A stretch of DNA of 32,000 nucleotides. It comes from Candidatus Saccharimonadota bacterium (GTDB lineage Archaea > Nanobdellota > Nanobdellia > Pacearchaeales > GW2011-AR1). Under the pieces are notes generated by a model. The model was not told the origin of the DNA and did no database searches. It was given only the letters and a program-made list of their open reading frames with translations. The first letter of the stretch is position 1. Each line of letters starts with the position of its first letter. The DNA lies in the NCBI GenBank assembly GCA_026002795.1, contig BPGA01000001.1, positions 30,001 to 62,000 of the forward strand, read 5' to 3'. Position numbers and translations under genes: made by a program. Below are positions 1 to 9,781 of this stretch, piece by piece.

Positions 1-22
1 TTTTCTTTTTTTCTTTGCCATT

Positions 23-1468
23 TTAATTGAATCCTACATAGATATGTTTAAGGTAAGTATAATCTTGAAGAGAATAAATTGAAAGATCTGAACCATAACC
101 ACTTTGTTTTATTCCTCCATGAGGCATTTCTGAAACAAGAGGAAGATGATCGTTAATCCAAACTTCACCAAACCTTAAAGAGTTTGCTACTAAAAAAGCT
201 TTTTCTATGTTTTTTGTCCAGATGCTTGATGCTAAACCATAATCTACATCATTTGCTTTTTCAATTGCTTCTTCAGTTGTTTTGAATTTAGCGATAGCAA
301 TAATTGGACCGAAAACTTCTAATTTGCAAAGGTTTCCTTTTTGAGAAAAATTTTTGATGATTGTTATTGGAAAGAAATAGCCTTTTTTTGGAACTTTCGA
401 TTGCCAAACAATTTTCTCATCTTTTTCTAAATTTTTTAAAAACCAAGAGACTCTTTCGGTTTGATTTTTTGATATAAGCGGGCCTAAAACAGTAGAATCT
501 TTTGAAGGATCACCTATAGAAATTTTTTCTGCATAGCTTTTTACCATACTTATAAATTTTTCATAAACTTTTTCTTGAACATAAATTCTAGAGGCTGCTG
601 TGCAATCTTGACCAGAATTTATAATTGATGAGTCAACTGCATACTTTGCTGCTTTTTCAAGATCAGCATCTTCAAAAACAATAAATGGTGCTTTTCCTCC
701 TAATTCAAGATGAACTCTTTTTAAATTAGAGGAGGCGAGCCTCATAATTTCTTTTCCTGTTTCAGTGTTTCCAGTCAGAGAAATCATGTTTATTTCAGGA
801 TGAGAAGCAAGAATTCTACCAACATTTTCTCCTGAACCTAGAATAATATTAATAACTCCTGATGGAAAACCTGCTTTTTCTGAAAACTCAGCTAGTTTTA
901 ATGCTGTTAGTGGAGTTAAAGAAGATGGTTTTAAGATTATTGTATTGCCAGCGGCAACTGCAGCAAGTTTCCAACATGCAATCATGAAAGGATAATTCCA
1001 AGGAACAATAGAAGCAACAACACCTACAGGCTCTCTTACAAGTATTGAGGTTCCTAAAGCTTTGTGTTTTTTTCTGAAGTGCTTGTCAATATATGTTCCA
1101 GGCATAACAACCTGAAAATTTCTAACAGCTGATGCAAAAAATTTTAAATTATCTATTGCAAATTCAAAATCAAGTCTTGCAAGAGAAATTGGTTTTCCTT
1201 GATTTTTTGATTCTAGTCTTGATAATTCTTCTTTGTTATTTTCAATTAACTCAGCAAGTTTAAAAAAAAGTTCTGATCTTTCTTTTGGTGTTGTGTTTTT
1301 CCAATTTCTGAACGCATTTTTTGCTGCTTTAACAGCTTCATTAACATCTTTCTCATTTGAATCTACAATTTTTGCGATTTCTTTTTCTGTATAAGGACTT
1401 ATAACACTTATTGTTTTTGTAGAGAAAGAAATGTATTTACCATTGATATAGTTCTTAAATATTTGCAT
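23..1468 (-). CDS. NAD(P)+-dependent aldehyde dehydrogenase family protein
   Basis: 481-aa ORF; the ATG is preceded by a GAGG Shine-Dalgarno-like element. ALDH hallmarks are present: 'LELGGKAP' (catalytic Glu region), 'GQDCTAASR' (catalytic Cys region), 'EVFGPI' and 'PHGGIKQSGYG'. Confidence 0.9.
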   Translation of the reverse strand: MQIFKNYINGKYISFSTKTISVISPYTEKEIAKIVDSNEKDVNEAVKAAKNAFRNWKNTTPKERSELFFKLAELIENNKEELSRLESKNQGKPISLARLDFEFAIDNLKFFASAVRNFQVVMPGTYIDKHFRKKHKALGTSILVREPVGVVASIVPWNYPFMIACWKLAAVAAGNTIILKPSSLTPLTALKLAEFSEKAGFPSGVINIILGSGENVGRILASHPEINMISLTGNTETGKEIMRLASSNLKRVHLELGGKAPFIVFEDADLEKAAKYAVDSSIINSGQDCTAASRIYVQEKVYEKFISMVKSYAEKISIGDPSKDSTVLGPLISKNQTERVSWFLKNLEKDEKIVWQSKVPKKGYFFPITIIKNFSQKGNLCKLEVFGPIIAIAKFKTTEEAIEKANDVDYGLASSIWTKNIEKAFLVANSLRFGEVWINDHLPLVSEMPHGGIKQSGYGSDLSIYSLQDYTYLKHIYVGFN

Positions 1469-1480
1469 GTTTCCTCTTTT

Positions 1481-1711
1481 TTATTTTTTTAAGAGTTTTT
1501 TAAGTTCAGTTTCGTTGTAACCAACAATAATTTTTCCGTTGACGTCAATTACAGGAACTCCCATTTGACCTGATTTCTTAAACATTTCTTGAAGAGCTTT
1601 TTTGTTAGAGCTTACATCAATATCTTTATACTTTATTTTATTTTTTTTAAAAAATTCTCGTGTTTTTGCGCACCATGGGCAGGTTGGAGTTGAATAAAGA
1701 TTTATTGCCAT
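1481..1711 (-). CDS. Glutaredoxin-like / NrdH-like small redox protein (thioredoxin fold)
   Basis: 76-aa ORF with an N-terminal 'CPWC' redox motif and a 'GVPVIDVNGKIIVGY' cis-Pro region typical of glutaredoxin-like proteins. It lies 12 nt downstream of the ALDH gene on the same strand. Confidence 0.8.
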   Translation of the reverse strand: MAINLYSTPTCPWCAKTREFFKKNKIKYKDIDVSSNKKALQEMFKKSGQMGVPVIDVNGKIIVGYNETELKKLLKK

Positions 1712-1808
1712 TTTTTTAAAAAGGAAAACAAATTTATAAATTATTCGTTAACGTTGTTAAGGTTAACTTTATATAAGCTTTTTTCTTTTTTGAATAAAAG
1801 AGGAAAAA

Positions 1809-2660
1809 ATGGCTTTTTACTTACCAATTTTAGGTGCCGGCGCTTTAGCAGCTGGAACAATTCTTGAAAGAGCTGTTTTAGTAAAAAGGAAAATCGATAT
1901 TAAAACTTATCAAATTGTATCTTTTTTAGCAATAGTCTTATCAATGTTTCCTTTGTTATTGTTTTTCTGGAAAGTCGATGCTGAAGCTTTTGAAATTAAG
2001 AATTTTCTAATTTTGTTTTTTGTCGTGTTTTTTTCTATAATTGCAAATATCCTAGTTTTTTATTCTATGAAATGGGAAAAAATAGTTAATTTAGAACCTG
2101 CACGTGTTATGGAACCATTATTTGTGATTTTACTAGCTTTGTTATTTAGTTTTTTTTATGGAGAACTTTATGAGAGAAATGCTAGAGTCGTTATTCCTGC
2201 ATTTGTTGCCTCTTTTGCTTTAATCTTTTCGCATATTAAAAGGCATCATTTAACATTTAACAAATATTTCATTGCAGCAATTTTAGGTAGTTTCTTTTTT
2301 GCTTTAGAACTTGTAATATCAAGGCTTATTCTTAATTTTTACTCACCATTAAGCTTTTATTTTTTAAGAAGTTCTGCAATTTTTTTATTAAGTTTTTTAA
2401 TATTTAGGCCAAAATTTAAAGAAATAAACAAAAAAACAGGTTTTTTAATTTTTTTAACAGGTGTTATTTGGGTTTTATATAGAGTAATAGTTTATTATGG
2501 TTACCTAAAAATAGGTGTAATATTTACAACGTTATTATTAATGCTTGGTCCTGTTTTTATTTACACTTTTGCTCATTTTTTTCTTAAAGAGAAAATGTCT
2601 TGGAAGAATTTCTTAGCATCAATGGTTATTGTTGGTTCTGTAATTTACGCTTTAATGTGA
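1809..2660 (+). CDS. EamA/DMT-superfamily-like multi-pass membrane transporter
   Basis: 283-aa ORF that is almost entirely hydrophobic, with about 10 predicted TM segments arranged as two similar halves. Size and layout fit EamA-type permeases. The ATG is preceded by 'AGAGGAAAAA'. Confidence 0.65.
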   Translation: MAFYLPILGAGALAAGTILERAVLVKRKIDIKTYQIVSFLAIVLSMFPLLLFFWKVDAEAFEIKNFLILFFVVFFSIIANILVFYSMKWEKIVNLEPARVMEPLFVILLALLFSFFYGELYERNARVVIPAFVASFALIFSHIKRHHLTFNKYFIAAILGSFFFALELVISRLILNFYSPLSFYFLRSSAIFLLSFLIFRPKFKEINKKTGFLIFLTGVIWVLYRVIVYYGYLKIGVIFTTLLLMLGPVFIYTFAHFFLKEKMSWKNFLASMVIVGSVIYALM

Positions 2661-3463
2661 TTTTTTAAGAAATTATTTGAATTGAACAAATCAATGAATA
2701 AAGGTTCTTCAGAACCAGTAGAATCCTCAAAAGTGTAAATGCTAATTCTTCCTATAAGAGGTAATTGGTTTTCATTTAAAAGATAAATAAGAGTGTTTGA
2801 AGTTATTCTTTTTATGTCAGAATCTCTAGTTAAAATTCCAACATTTTTTCTTTTAAAAAGGCAATAATAAAGTGCAAGAGCAACTATTTTTTCATCAGTG
2901 TAAAGCTCTTCTTTTTCTTTTTTTGGTTTTATTCTTTTTACAGGGTAAAATTCTGCATAAGAAACTTTTGAATGGGTTAATTCTGATATTTCAATAACTC
3001 TTTTTTCTAGAGAAGCATAATCTTCATTTTGTTTTAAGCTAACAATAGATCTTTTTGCTTCTTTACAACACTCATTTAATAGTTCTAAAATTTCTTCAAA
3101 AAATATTTCTCTTTCACTTTTTTTGTGGTACTTTACTTTTCTTTTATGATCTCTTTTCCTTAGATATCTTATTTTTTCAGAAAGAATCTCTCTTGTTTTT
3201 AACATTTCTTCATAAACTTCTCTAACTGTTATTGTTTTTTGATTTTGAAGGAATCCAAGATAAAATTCTAAAAAATTTATACCTTCAATCATTAAATTTT
3301 TATTTAATTCATGAAAAGAGTTCACAAAAAATAATCTTTGTTCATAATCTTGTAAGAAACCAGAAATAAAAGAAGAAGTATCAAAAATTATTAAATCGTT
3401 TTCGTTAATAATGTCCTCTAAAAATTTTTTTTCTGAAACAGACTTTAAGTTATAAATTGTCAT
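2645..3463 (-). CDS. Hypothetical protein, possibly a PIN-like nuclease with a long charged helical insert
   Basis: The ORF-track start at 3496 is GTG and overlaps the thermosome 3' end, so the first ATG (3463) is preferred. The N-terminal 'LIIFDTSSFI' and C-terminal 'GILTRDSDIKR' resemble the first and last acidic motifs of PIN domains. The middle is K/E-rich. The function is tentative. Confidence 0.45.
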   Translation of the reverse strand: MTIYNLKSVSEKKFLEDIINENDLIIFDTSSFISGFLQDYEQRLFFVNSFHELNKNLMIEGINFLEFYLGFLQNQKTITVREVYEEMLKTREILSEKIRYLRKRDHKRKVKYHKKSEREIFFEEILELLNECCKEAKRSIVSLKQNEDYASLEKRVIEISELTHSKVSYAEFYPVKRIKPKKEKEELYTDEKIVALALYYCLFKRKNVGILTRDSDIKRITSNTLIYLLNENQLPLIGRISIYTFEDSTGSEEPLFIDLFNSNNFLKNHIKA

Positions 3464-5057
3464 AATCTTCTGATTTTTTAAAAGAAGATTTTTCACTTTT
3501 TCCTGTTGAAGAAATTATATCATCTATCCTCAAAATCATTATTGCGACTTCAGTGGCAGAATTTATTGCTTGAGTTTTTATTTTTAAAGGCTCTATAATC
3601 CCCTGATCAAAAACATTTTCTATTTTGTTTGTAAACAAATTTAAACCAACATTTTTTTCTCCAGCATCGTGTCTAGATTTTAGTTCTGTTACTGAATCAA
3701 TTGGATCTAAACCAGCATTTTCGGCAAGTGTTGTTGGTATAAATTCTAAAGCAGAAGCAAACTCCTCTACAGCAAGTTGCTCTCTTCCTGAAAGTTCTTG
3801 AGAAAAATCTCTTAATCTTTTTGATAATTCTATTTCAGTTGCTCCACCTCCAGGAACAACAAGACCTGATTCAATTACAGAAGCTACATCACCTAAGCCA
3901 TCTTTTATTGCTCTTTCTATTTCATCAATAACGTGTTCGCTACCTCCATGAATTAAAATAGTAAGTGCTTTAGGATTTTTACAGCCAGTTATGTAAGTAA
4001 GAGTTTCATCTCCTCTTTTTATCTCTTCAACAAGATCAGCATTACCAAGTTCAAAAGGAGTTAATTCATTAACATTACTTACAATTTTTGCTCCAGTTGC
4101 TTTAGAAATTTTTTCCATATCACTTCTTGAAACGCGTCTACAAGCATAAATTCTATCTTTAGCAAGAAGGTACTGTGCAAAATCATCTATTCCTTTTTGA
4201 CAGAATACAACGTTTGCGCCAGAAATTTTTATTTTTTCTACTATTTCTTTTATTGTTCTTTCTTCCAATAACATAAACTCTTGAAGTTGCTCAGGACTAG
4301 TAATTGAGATTTTTGTATCAATCTCAAGATTTTTTATTTCAATAGGAAAATCAATTAAAGCTATTTTTGCATTTTTTACTTGTCTAGGCATATCATAAGA
4401 AATTCTTTCTTTATCAATTACTATCCCAGAAATTAGTTCTGTGTCTTCTATGCTGCCTCCTTTAGATTTTTGTATTTTTATATCATCAAGATCAACTTTT
4501 CCTTGATTTACAACCTGCTTTAATGCAGAAACAATAATCTCAGCTAATTTTTCTTTTATTCCCTCAGCTCCTTTTCCAGTCATTGCTGTCATAGCTATGT
4601 TTTTAAGAACATCTTCATCATCTTTTGTTATCTTTAATGCTATCTCTTTAAGAATTTCTTGTGCTTTTTCAGAAGCTATTTTATATCCTTTTGCAATTAT
4701 TGTAGGATGTATTTTTTGATCTAAAAGTTTTTCTGCATTCTCAAGAAGTTTTCCAGCTAGCATAACCGCTGTAGTAGTTCCATCTCCAACCTCACTTTCT
4801 TGTGTTTTTGCAATTTCAACCATCATTTTTGCTGCGGGATGATCTATTTGCATTTCTTCAAGTATCGTTACGCCATCATTAGTAATAACAATATCACCAG
4901 AAGGAGAGACAAGCATCTTATCCATACCTTTTGGTCCTAATGTTGTTTTTACAATATCAGATACCATTCTTGCAGCAAGAATATTATTTCTCTGAGCGTC
5001 TTTTCCTAAAATTCTTTGTACATCTTCAGGCATTAAAATTATTGGTTTTTCTACCAT
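3450..5057 (-). CDS. ths: Thermosome subunit (group II chaperonin, Cpn60/TCP-1 family)
   Basis: 535-aa ORF with 'GPKGMDKM', 'VGDGTTTAV', 'ITNDGVTIL' and 'VVPGGGATE' motifs, which are diagnostic for group II chaperonins. Confidence 0.95.
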   Translation of the reverse strand: MVEKPIILMPEDVQRILGKDAQRNNILAARMVSDIVKTTLGPKGMDKMLVSPSGDIVITNDGVTILEEMQIDHPAAKMMVEIAKTQESEVGDGTTTAVMLAGKLLENAEKLLDQKIHPTIIAKGYKIASEKAQEILKEIALKITKDDEDVLKNIAMTAMTGKGAEGIKEKLAEIIVSALKQVVNQGKVDLDDIKIQKSKGGSIEDTELISGIVIDKERISYDMPRQVKNAKIALIDFPIEIKNLEIDTKISITSPEQLQEFMLLEERTIKEIVEKIKISGANVVFCQKGIDDFAQYLLAKDRIYACRRVSRSDMEKISKATGAKIVSNVNELTPFELGNADLVEEIKRGDETLTYITGCKNPKALTILIHGGSEHVIDEIERAIKDGLGDVASVIESGLVVPGGGATEIELSKRLRDFSQELSGREQLAVEEFASALEFIPTTLAENAGLDPIDSVTELKSRHDAGEKNVGLNLFTNKIENVFDQGIIEPLKIKTQAINSATEVAIMILRIDDIISSTGKSEKSSFKKSEDYDNL

Positions 5058-5180
5058 TTTATCTACAAAATTTTAATTAGTGTCCTATTTAAAAATATTG
5101 CTGTTTTCTTTGTAAAAATTTTTTAGTTGTAACTATATAAATTCACAATATTTATAAGTAATTTAAATCTTTAAAAATAT

Positions 5181-5738
5181 ATGAAAAAGATTTTGGTTTC
5201 TGATGTAATGACAAGGAATCCTATTACAATCTCTCCTAAAACTAGCTTGCTTGAATGTGCAAAGATAATGGTAAGAAAAAGAGTCGGAAGTTTAATAATT
5301 AAGGAAAATAAAAAACTTTTAGGGATTATAAGTGAGAAAGATATATTATGGGCATTAGTTAAAAAAAGAAATCCAAGTGTTTTAAAGACAGAAGCAATAA
5401 AACTCTCACCTAAAAAAATAATAACAATAAATCCAAATGCAACAATAGAAGAAGCAATAAAAAAAATGAATAAGCAGAAATTTGATAGATTGCCTGTTGT
5501 TATAAATGGTAATGAACTTTTAGGAATTGTTACAATAAAAGACATTTTAGCATTTCATCCTGAATACTACCCAGAACTTGATGAGTATGCAAAAATAAGA
5601 GAAGAGCAAGAAAAACTAAAAAGAATTAAGAGTAATGTTAGGGTTTTTGAGGGAATATGTGAAGAGTGTGGAAATTGGAGTCAGTTATCCCGTGTTAATG
5701 GAATGCTTGTTTGTGAGGGTTGTAATGAAAAAATTTAG
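5181..5738 (+). CDS. CBS-domain pair protein with a C-terminal zinc ribbon
   Basis: 185-aa ORF with two CBS-like repeats ('VSDVMTRNPITI...GIISEKDIL' and 'PKKIITINPNATI...GIVTIKDIL'), followed by 'CEECGNW...CEGCNEK' (CxxC...CxxC). Confidence 0.8.
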   Translation: MKKILVSDVMTRNPITISPKTSLLECAKIMVRKRVGSLIIKENKKLLGIISEKDILWALVKKRNPSVLKTEAIKLSPKKIITINPNATIEEAIKKMNKQKFDRLPVVINGNELLGIVTIKDILAFHPEYYPELDEYAKIREEQEKLKRIKSNVRVFEGICEECGNWSQLSRVNGMLVCEGCNEKI

Positions 5739-5833
5739 GTGATATAAAAAATAAAAATAATTTTAAGGTTTTTAAAGATTTTAGATAAATATTTAAATTA
5801 TTTTTCCCTTTTTCTTAAAAAGAGGTAATTTAA

Positions 5834-6340
5834 ATGGCAGAAAAAGAAGAGGTATATTCAAGTAAGATAAGCTATAATGGAATATTCTCTTTTAAAGACT
5901 TATATAAGTTTTGTCATGATTGGCTTGTTGAAGAAACAGGAGTTAGTCTTTCTGAGGACAAGTATTCTGAAAAAATTAAAGGAGACTCAAAAGACATTAC
6001 TGTAGAGTGGAAGGGAACGAAGGAGATGACTGATTATTTTAAGATGGAAATTAAGGTTTCTTTTAAAGTTTCTGATTTAAAAAACGTAGAAGTAATGCAA
6101 GGAAATGTAAAAATTTCAACAAATAAAGGATCTGTTGAGATTTCAGTTAAAGGAACTTTAGTTAGAGATTATGAAGATAAGTTTGAGGGTAGTGGCTTTA
6201 AAAAGTTTTTAAGAGAAACTTATGAAAAATATATAATTCATGATAGAGTTTTGCAATATAAAGAAAAAGTTGCTTCATCTTGTGACGAATTTTTGAGCCA
6301 GACTAAAGCGTATCTAGACTTGGAAGCAAAAAAGAAATGA
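5834..6340 (+). CDS. Hypothetical protein
   Basis: 168-aa ORF; the ATG is preceded by 'AGAGGTAA'. The composition is non-repetitive and coding-like, and I recognise no motif. Confidence 0.55.
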   Translation: MAEKEEVYSSKISYNGIFSFKDLYKFCHDWLVEETGVSLSEDKYSEKIKGDSKDITVEWKGTKEMTDYFKMEIKVSFKVSDLKNVEVMQGNVKISTNKGSVEISVKGTLVRDYEDKFEGSGFKKFLRETYEKYIIHDRVLQYKEKVASSCDEFLSQTKAYLDLEAKKK

Positions 6341-6474
6341 TTGTTTAAGAAATAAGATACCTTTTTTACTTAACTTGTTCTTTAGTTTTTGAATTTAATA
6401 AAACATGTAAGCTATTAATAAGAATTAAGTTTTAAAACCGAAATCCTTAAATATAAACTCTTCATCTAGTTAAC

Positions 6475-7861
6475 ATGAAAAGAGGAATTATTTTCTTGTC
6501 TTTGGTTTTTTTAGTATTGTTGGTAAATTTTGCTTCTGCTATAAACCTAAAAATTGAGAAAAAAAGCTCTGGAGAAATTTTAATTGCTGACGTAAATAAT
6601 CCAGTTGTTTTTGAATTAAGCGTGACTAATCTAGGCCCAAGCGATAATTTTATTTTTTATAACCTAGTTGGCTTTAGGAATTTTCCAGAAGAGCCTGTTT
6701 TTATTTCTCAAGCTGAAACTAAAAATATAACTTTAGAAATTCTTCCTTTAAGACAACTTTTAGAAAGGGGTTACTACACAATAACAATTTACGTAAAATC
6801 CCAAAAAGACAATTCTGTAATTAGAGAAGATTTAACATTTAAAATTATTGATTTAAAAGATGCTTTTGAAGTTGGCGCAACAGATATAAGCCCAAGCTCA
6901 ACAGAAACATTGTTTTTTATTAAAAATCGAGGAGAATTATAATTTTGAGAATTTAGAGTTAAAGGTTAGTTCTCCTTTTTTTAGCTTTGAGAGAAAAATC
7001 AGCCTTTCTCCAAGAGAAATTAAAAATATAAGTATAAAACTAGATAAAAATCAATTTAGAAGTTTAACATCAGGATTTTATACTATAAAAACAGAAATAT
7101 CTTATTTAGGAAAAACAACAGAGGTAACTGGTGTTGTTAATTTCGTTGAAAAAGGAATTGTTACAACAACTAGGAAAGATTTTGGGTTTTTTGTTAATAC
7201 AAATGTTATAACTAAAAGTAATGAAGGAAATAAGATAGAACATGCTGATACTGTAATAAAGAAAAATATAATTTCAAGACTTTTTACGAGCTTTTCTCCT
7301 ACTCCAGATTTTGTTGAGAGAAAAGGAACAGCTGTTTACTATACATGGGTAAAAGAATTAAAACCGGGTGAAAAATTTGAAATTGTTGTAAAAACAAACT
7401 GGTTTTTACCATTTATTTTGGTTTTATTTTTGGTTTTGGTTGTTGTTTTAGTTGTTGATTATACAAGAGGTGATATAATCTTAAGAAAAAATGTTCAGTT
7501 TGTAAGAGCTAAAGGCGGTGAGTTTGCTTTAAAAGTTAATTTAACAGTACATGCAAGAAGATTTGTTGAAAGAGTTAATATTATAGATAGAATTCCTGCT
7601 TTAGTAAAACTTTATGATAAATTTAGTGGAGAAGCTCCTAAAAAAGTTGATGAAAAAACAAGAAAAATAGAGTGGAATTTTGAGAGGTTAATGCCTGGAG
7701 AGGTAAGAGTTTTGTCTTATATTATTTACTCAAAAATTGGTGTCACAGGGAAATTTGCTTTGCCTACTGCAACTGCAATTTATGAAAGAGAGGGCAACAT
7801 AAAAGAAGAAGAATCAAATAGGGCTTTCTTTATTGCTGAGCAAAGAAAAATTGAAGAATAA
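6475..7861 (+). pseudogene. Frameshifted surface/membrane protein with CARDB/DUF11-like beta-sandwich repeats (ORFs 6475-6942 and 6890-7861 form one gene)
   Basis: The first ORF has a signal peptide ('IIFLSLVFLVLLVNFASA') and stops at TAA 6940-6942. The +1 frame is open from 6890 and continues the same domain pattern ('NFENLELKVSSPFF...' parallels 'VVFELSVTNLGPSDNF'). It then runs through a TM segment ('FLPFILVLFLVLVVVLVV') to 7861. Removing one base near 6937-6941 ('ttataa') gives a continuous 'IKNRGELNFENLELKV'. Confidence 0.6.
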
Positions 7862-7993
7862 ACTGATTAGTAAAGAAAAGTTATCAAAATGATTTTCATA
7901 AATTTTTGTAATGTTTAGAGTTGTTGGTTTTTATATAAACAGTAGTTGGCAAAGTTGATGACACCGTCAACTAGATTTGAGGGTTATAGATGT

Positions 7994-9781
7994 TTAACTA
8001 GATTCGTATACCTCTAAGCCTTTTTTGGAAAGCAATACTTTATTCCCGAACTCTGGTTTCTTTCTATGTATTTTTTTGAGCATATAGCCCTCTACAGCAG
8101 CCCAATTACTTGTCGGATAATCAAGCTCTATAGTCTCCTTGAACTTGATGTTATTCAGAATATCTTCAAAATATTTAATAGTACTAGATATTTCTTTTTC
8201 TCTTGATTTAGTTATATCTTGTATATCTCCTAATTTTCTAAGATTTTCTTTATTATCTATCATGAAATGCTTTAATAATCTAAGAAGTGCTCCTATTTCT
8301 CTTGGAGTAAGTTTATCCTTTTCTATCTTTTGGGTATGTAATACTTTTTCAATTATGTCAAAATAATTTTTTATTAAATTAAAAGCGAATTCTGTTCCCT
8401 CTTTACGAATATTCTCATCTTCCTTATAGCCTGAATAAAATGTAGCCAATCCTTCAATTTCTAGACCACCCCTCTTATACTTCTTGTTCAACCTTAAAAC
8501 TCCCCCATATGTAATCACACTAATTATACTTTTTCTCGATTCTCCTCTTTTGAGTGTTGTTTCTTTAAAAGAAAACCTTCCAGAAAAGAACCCTTTCTTA
8601 TCAAGTTTTTTAAATACTTGATACCAAAAATTCTCTTCAGATTCTGGGTCTATTCTTGCCTTTAAGATAAAAGAGAGGTTTGGGTCGACTTTTTCTTGAG
8701 TTTTATTAATCTTATAAAATATTTTCTCCATTTGAAGATATTTTTCTTTTTCATCACCTTTTTTAAGAAATATTAGAGTAACTAAAATATGACTATTTAA
8801 CTTATTACCCTTAACAAAAGAAAAAAATCTATGTTGACCGTCTATTATTATTAGAGAATTATACTCATCAAAGAATGTTATTTCTTCATCAGTAGAATTG
8901 TAGAACTCTTTTTCGTCCTTGTAGATATCGGGGTTCAAAAAGATAATAATATTATTTGGAAAAGTTTCACTTTTCTCTAAGTATTCATTTATTTTTTCTA
9001 GCCTATTGGATTTAATCATTCTTTGGAATCCTTTTTTGTCGTACTTTTGAGCCATCCTTAAGACAGTAACATAATCAACAATCTCCTCTACTCTTGGTGA
9101 GAAGGAGTACATGATCATATCTTCTTTAGATAAAGGTAATCTTGTTACCTTAAATGGATTAGACCTTGCTGGTTTATCTGTTTTAGAGGCACTTTTTTTC
9201 TCTAAATCTGATTTTCTTACATTCAAAAAATACATAAAATCATTGAAAAGTATTGTTTTATTTAATCTGTTTAATACTTCAAGAAAATATTGGTGGATGT
9301 CTTTATCGATTATGATATTATTTGATTCTTTTTGCTTTAAGAGATATTCCTCGTCAATTTGCTTATTTGGAGCAAAAAATACCTTCTTTAATATTGGTTT
9401 GTAGTCTGAAGAGAAGGAACGTATATGATCTTGTATTTCTTTAAGTTTATTATTTGCTAATTTCTCTTTTTCCGCAATGTTCTTTTTTCTTTTTTTAGTT
9501 ACTTTAATGCTCAGGTCTAATGCCTCAACTTTATCAACTCTGTCAAGTTTGTCAAAGAACTTTTCTAATTCTTTCATTACCTTTTCACTTCTACCTTCAT
9601 TAATTCCAATCAAAAAAACTAAATTTTTATGTAAGATTACAGCATCTATTTCTCCATCTTTACTTTTATCTCTTAATTTTATTTCATGGCCTATTTTGGG
9701 GTCATCAAAAATATAAATTTTAAACCCTAAGTTATTAGCAAGATTTCTTAGTTCATTATTTGCTGAATAACCTCTTCTCAT
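7994..9781 (-). CDS. DGQHR-domain (DndB-like, ParB/Srx-fold) protein with a ~200-aa N-terminal extension
   Basis: 595-aa ORF with an exact 'DGQHR' motif (aa 314-318, nt 8828-8842). Upstream is 'GFQRMIKSNRLEKINEYL...FPNNIIIF' and downstream 'FYKINKTQEKV', matching the DndB/DGQHR family pattern. Its ATG overlaps the MTase stop (ATGA at 9778-9781). Confidence 0.8.
   Translation of the reverse strand: MRRGYSANNELRNLANNLGFKIYIFDDPKIGHEIKLRDKSKDGEIDAVILHKNLVFLIGINEGRSEKVMKELEKFFDKLDRVDKVEALDLSIKVTKKRKKNIAEKEKLANNKLKEIQDHIRSFSSDYKPILKKVFFAPNKQIDEEYLLKQKESNNIIIDKDIHQYFLEVLNRLNKTILFNDFMYFLNVRKSDLEKKSASKTDKPARSNPFKVTRLPLSKEDMIMYSFSPRVEEIVDYVTVLRMAQKYDKKGFQRMIKSNRLEKINEYLEKSETFPNNIIIFLNPDIYKDEKEFYNSTDEEITFFDEYNSLIIIDGQHRFFSFVKGNKLNSHILVTLIFLKKGDEKEKYLQMEKIFYKINKTQEKVDPNLSFILKARIDPESEENFWYQVFKKLDKKGFFSGRFSFKETTLKRGESRKSIISVITYGGVLRLNKKYKRGGLEIEGLATFYSGYKEDENIRKEGTEFAFNLIKNYFDIIEKVLHTQKIEKDKLTPREIGALLRLLKHFMIDNKENLRKLGDIQDITKSREKEISSTIKYFEDILNNIKFKETIELDYPTSNWAAVEGYMLKKIHRKKPEFGNKVLLSKKGLEVYESS

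Noticed and set aside
5171-5545. 124-aa minus-strand ORF antisense to the CBS-domain gene
   Set aside because: It is fully contained within a well-supported gene on the opposite strand. The translation is low-complexity and hydrophobic (F/I/L-rich), as expected from the antisense of AT-rich coding DNA, and it has no motif.
7418-7861. 147-aa ORF treated as a separate gene
   Set aside because: Its 'start' is a TTG in the middle of a TM helix. The same frame is open back to 6890 and continues the upstream gene, so it is the C-terminal part of the frameshifted 6475-7861 gene.
7862-7993. Island attachment site or tRNA-derived direct repeat at the far border of the accessory block
   Set aside because: I found only a short hairpin (AGTTGA-N8-TCAACT, about 7951-7970) between convergent genes and no segment matching tRNA-Tyr. 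It more likely contributes to termination than to integration.
8139-9716. Plus-strand ORFs 8139-8366, 9111-9404 and 9477-9716 inside the DGQHR gene
   Set aside because: They are antisense shadows of a motif-supported gene, with Leu/Ser/Phe-rich low-complexity translations.
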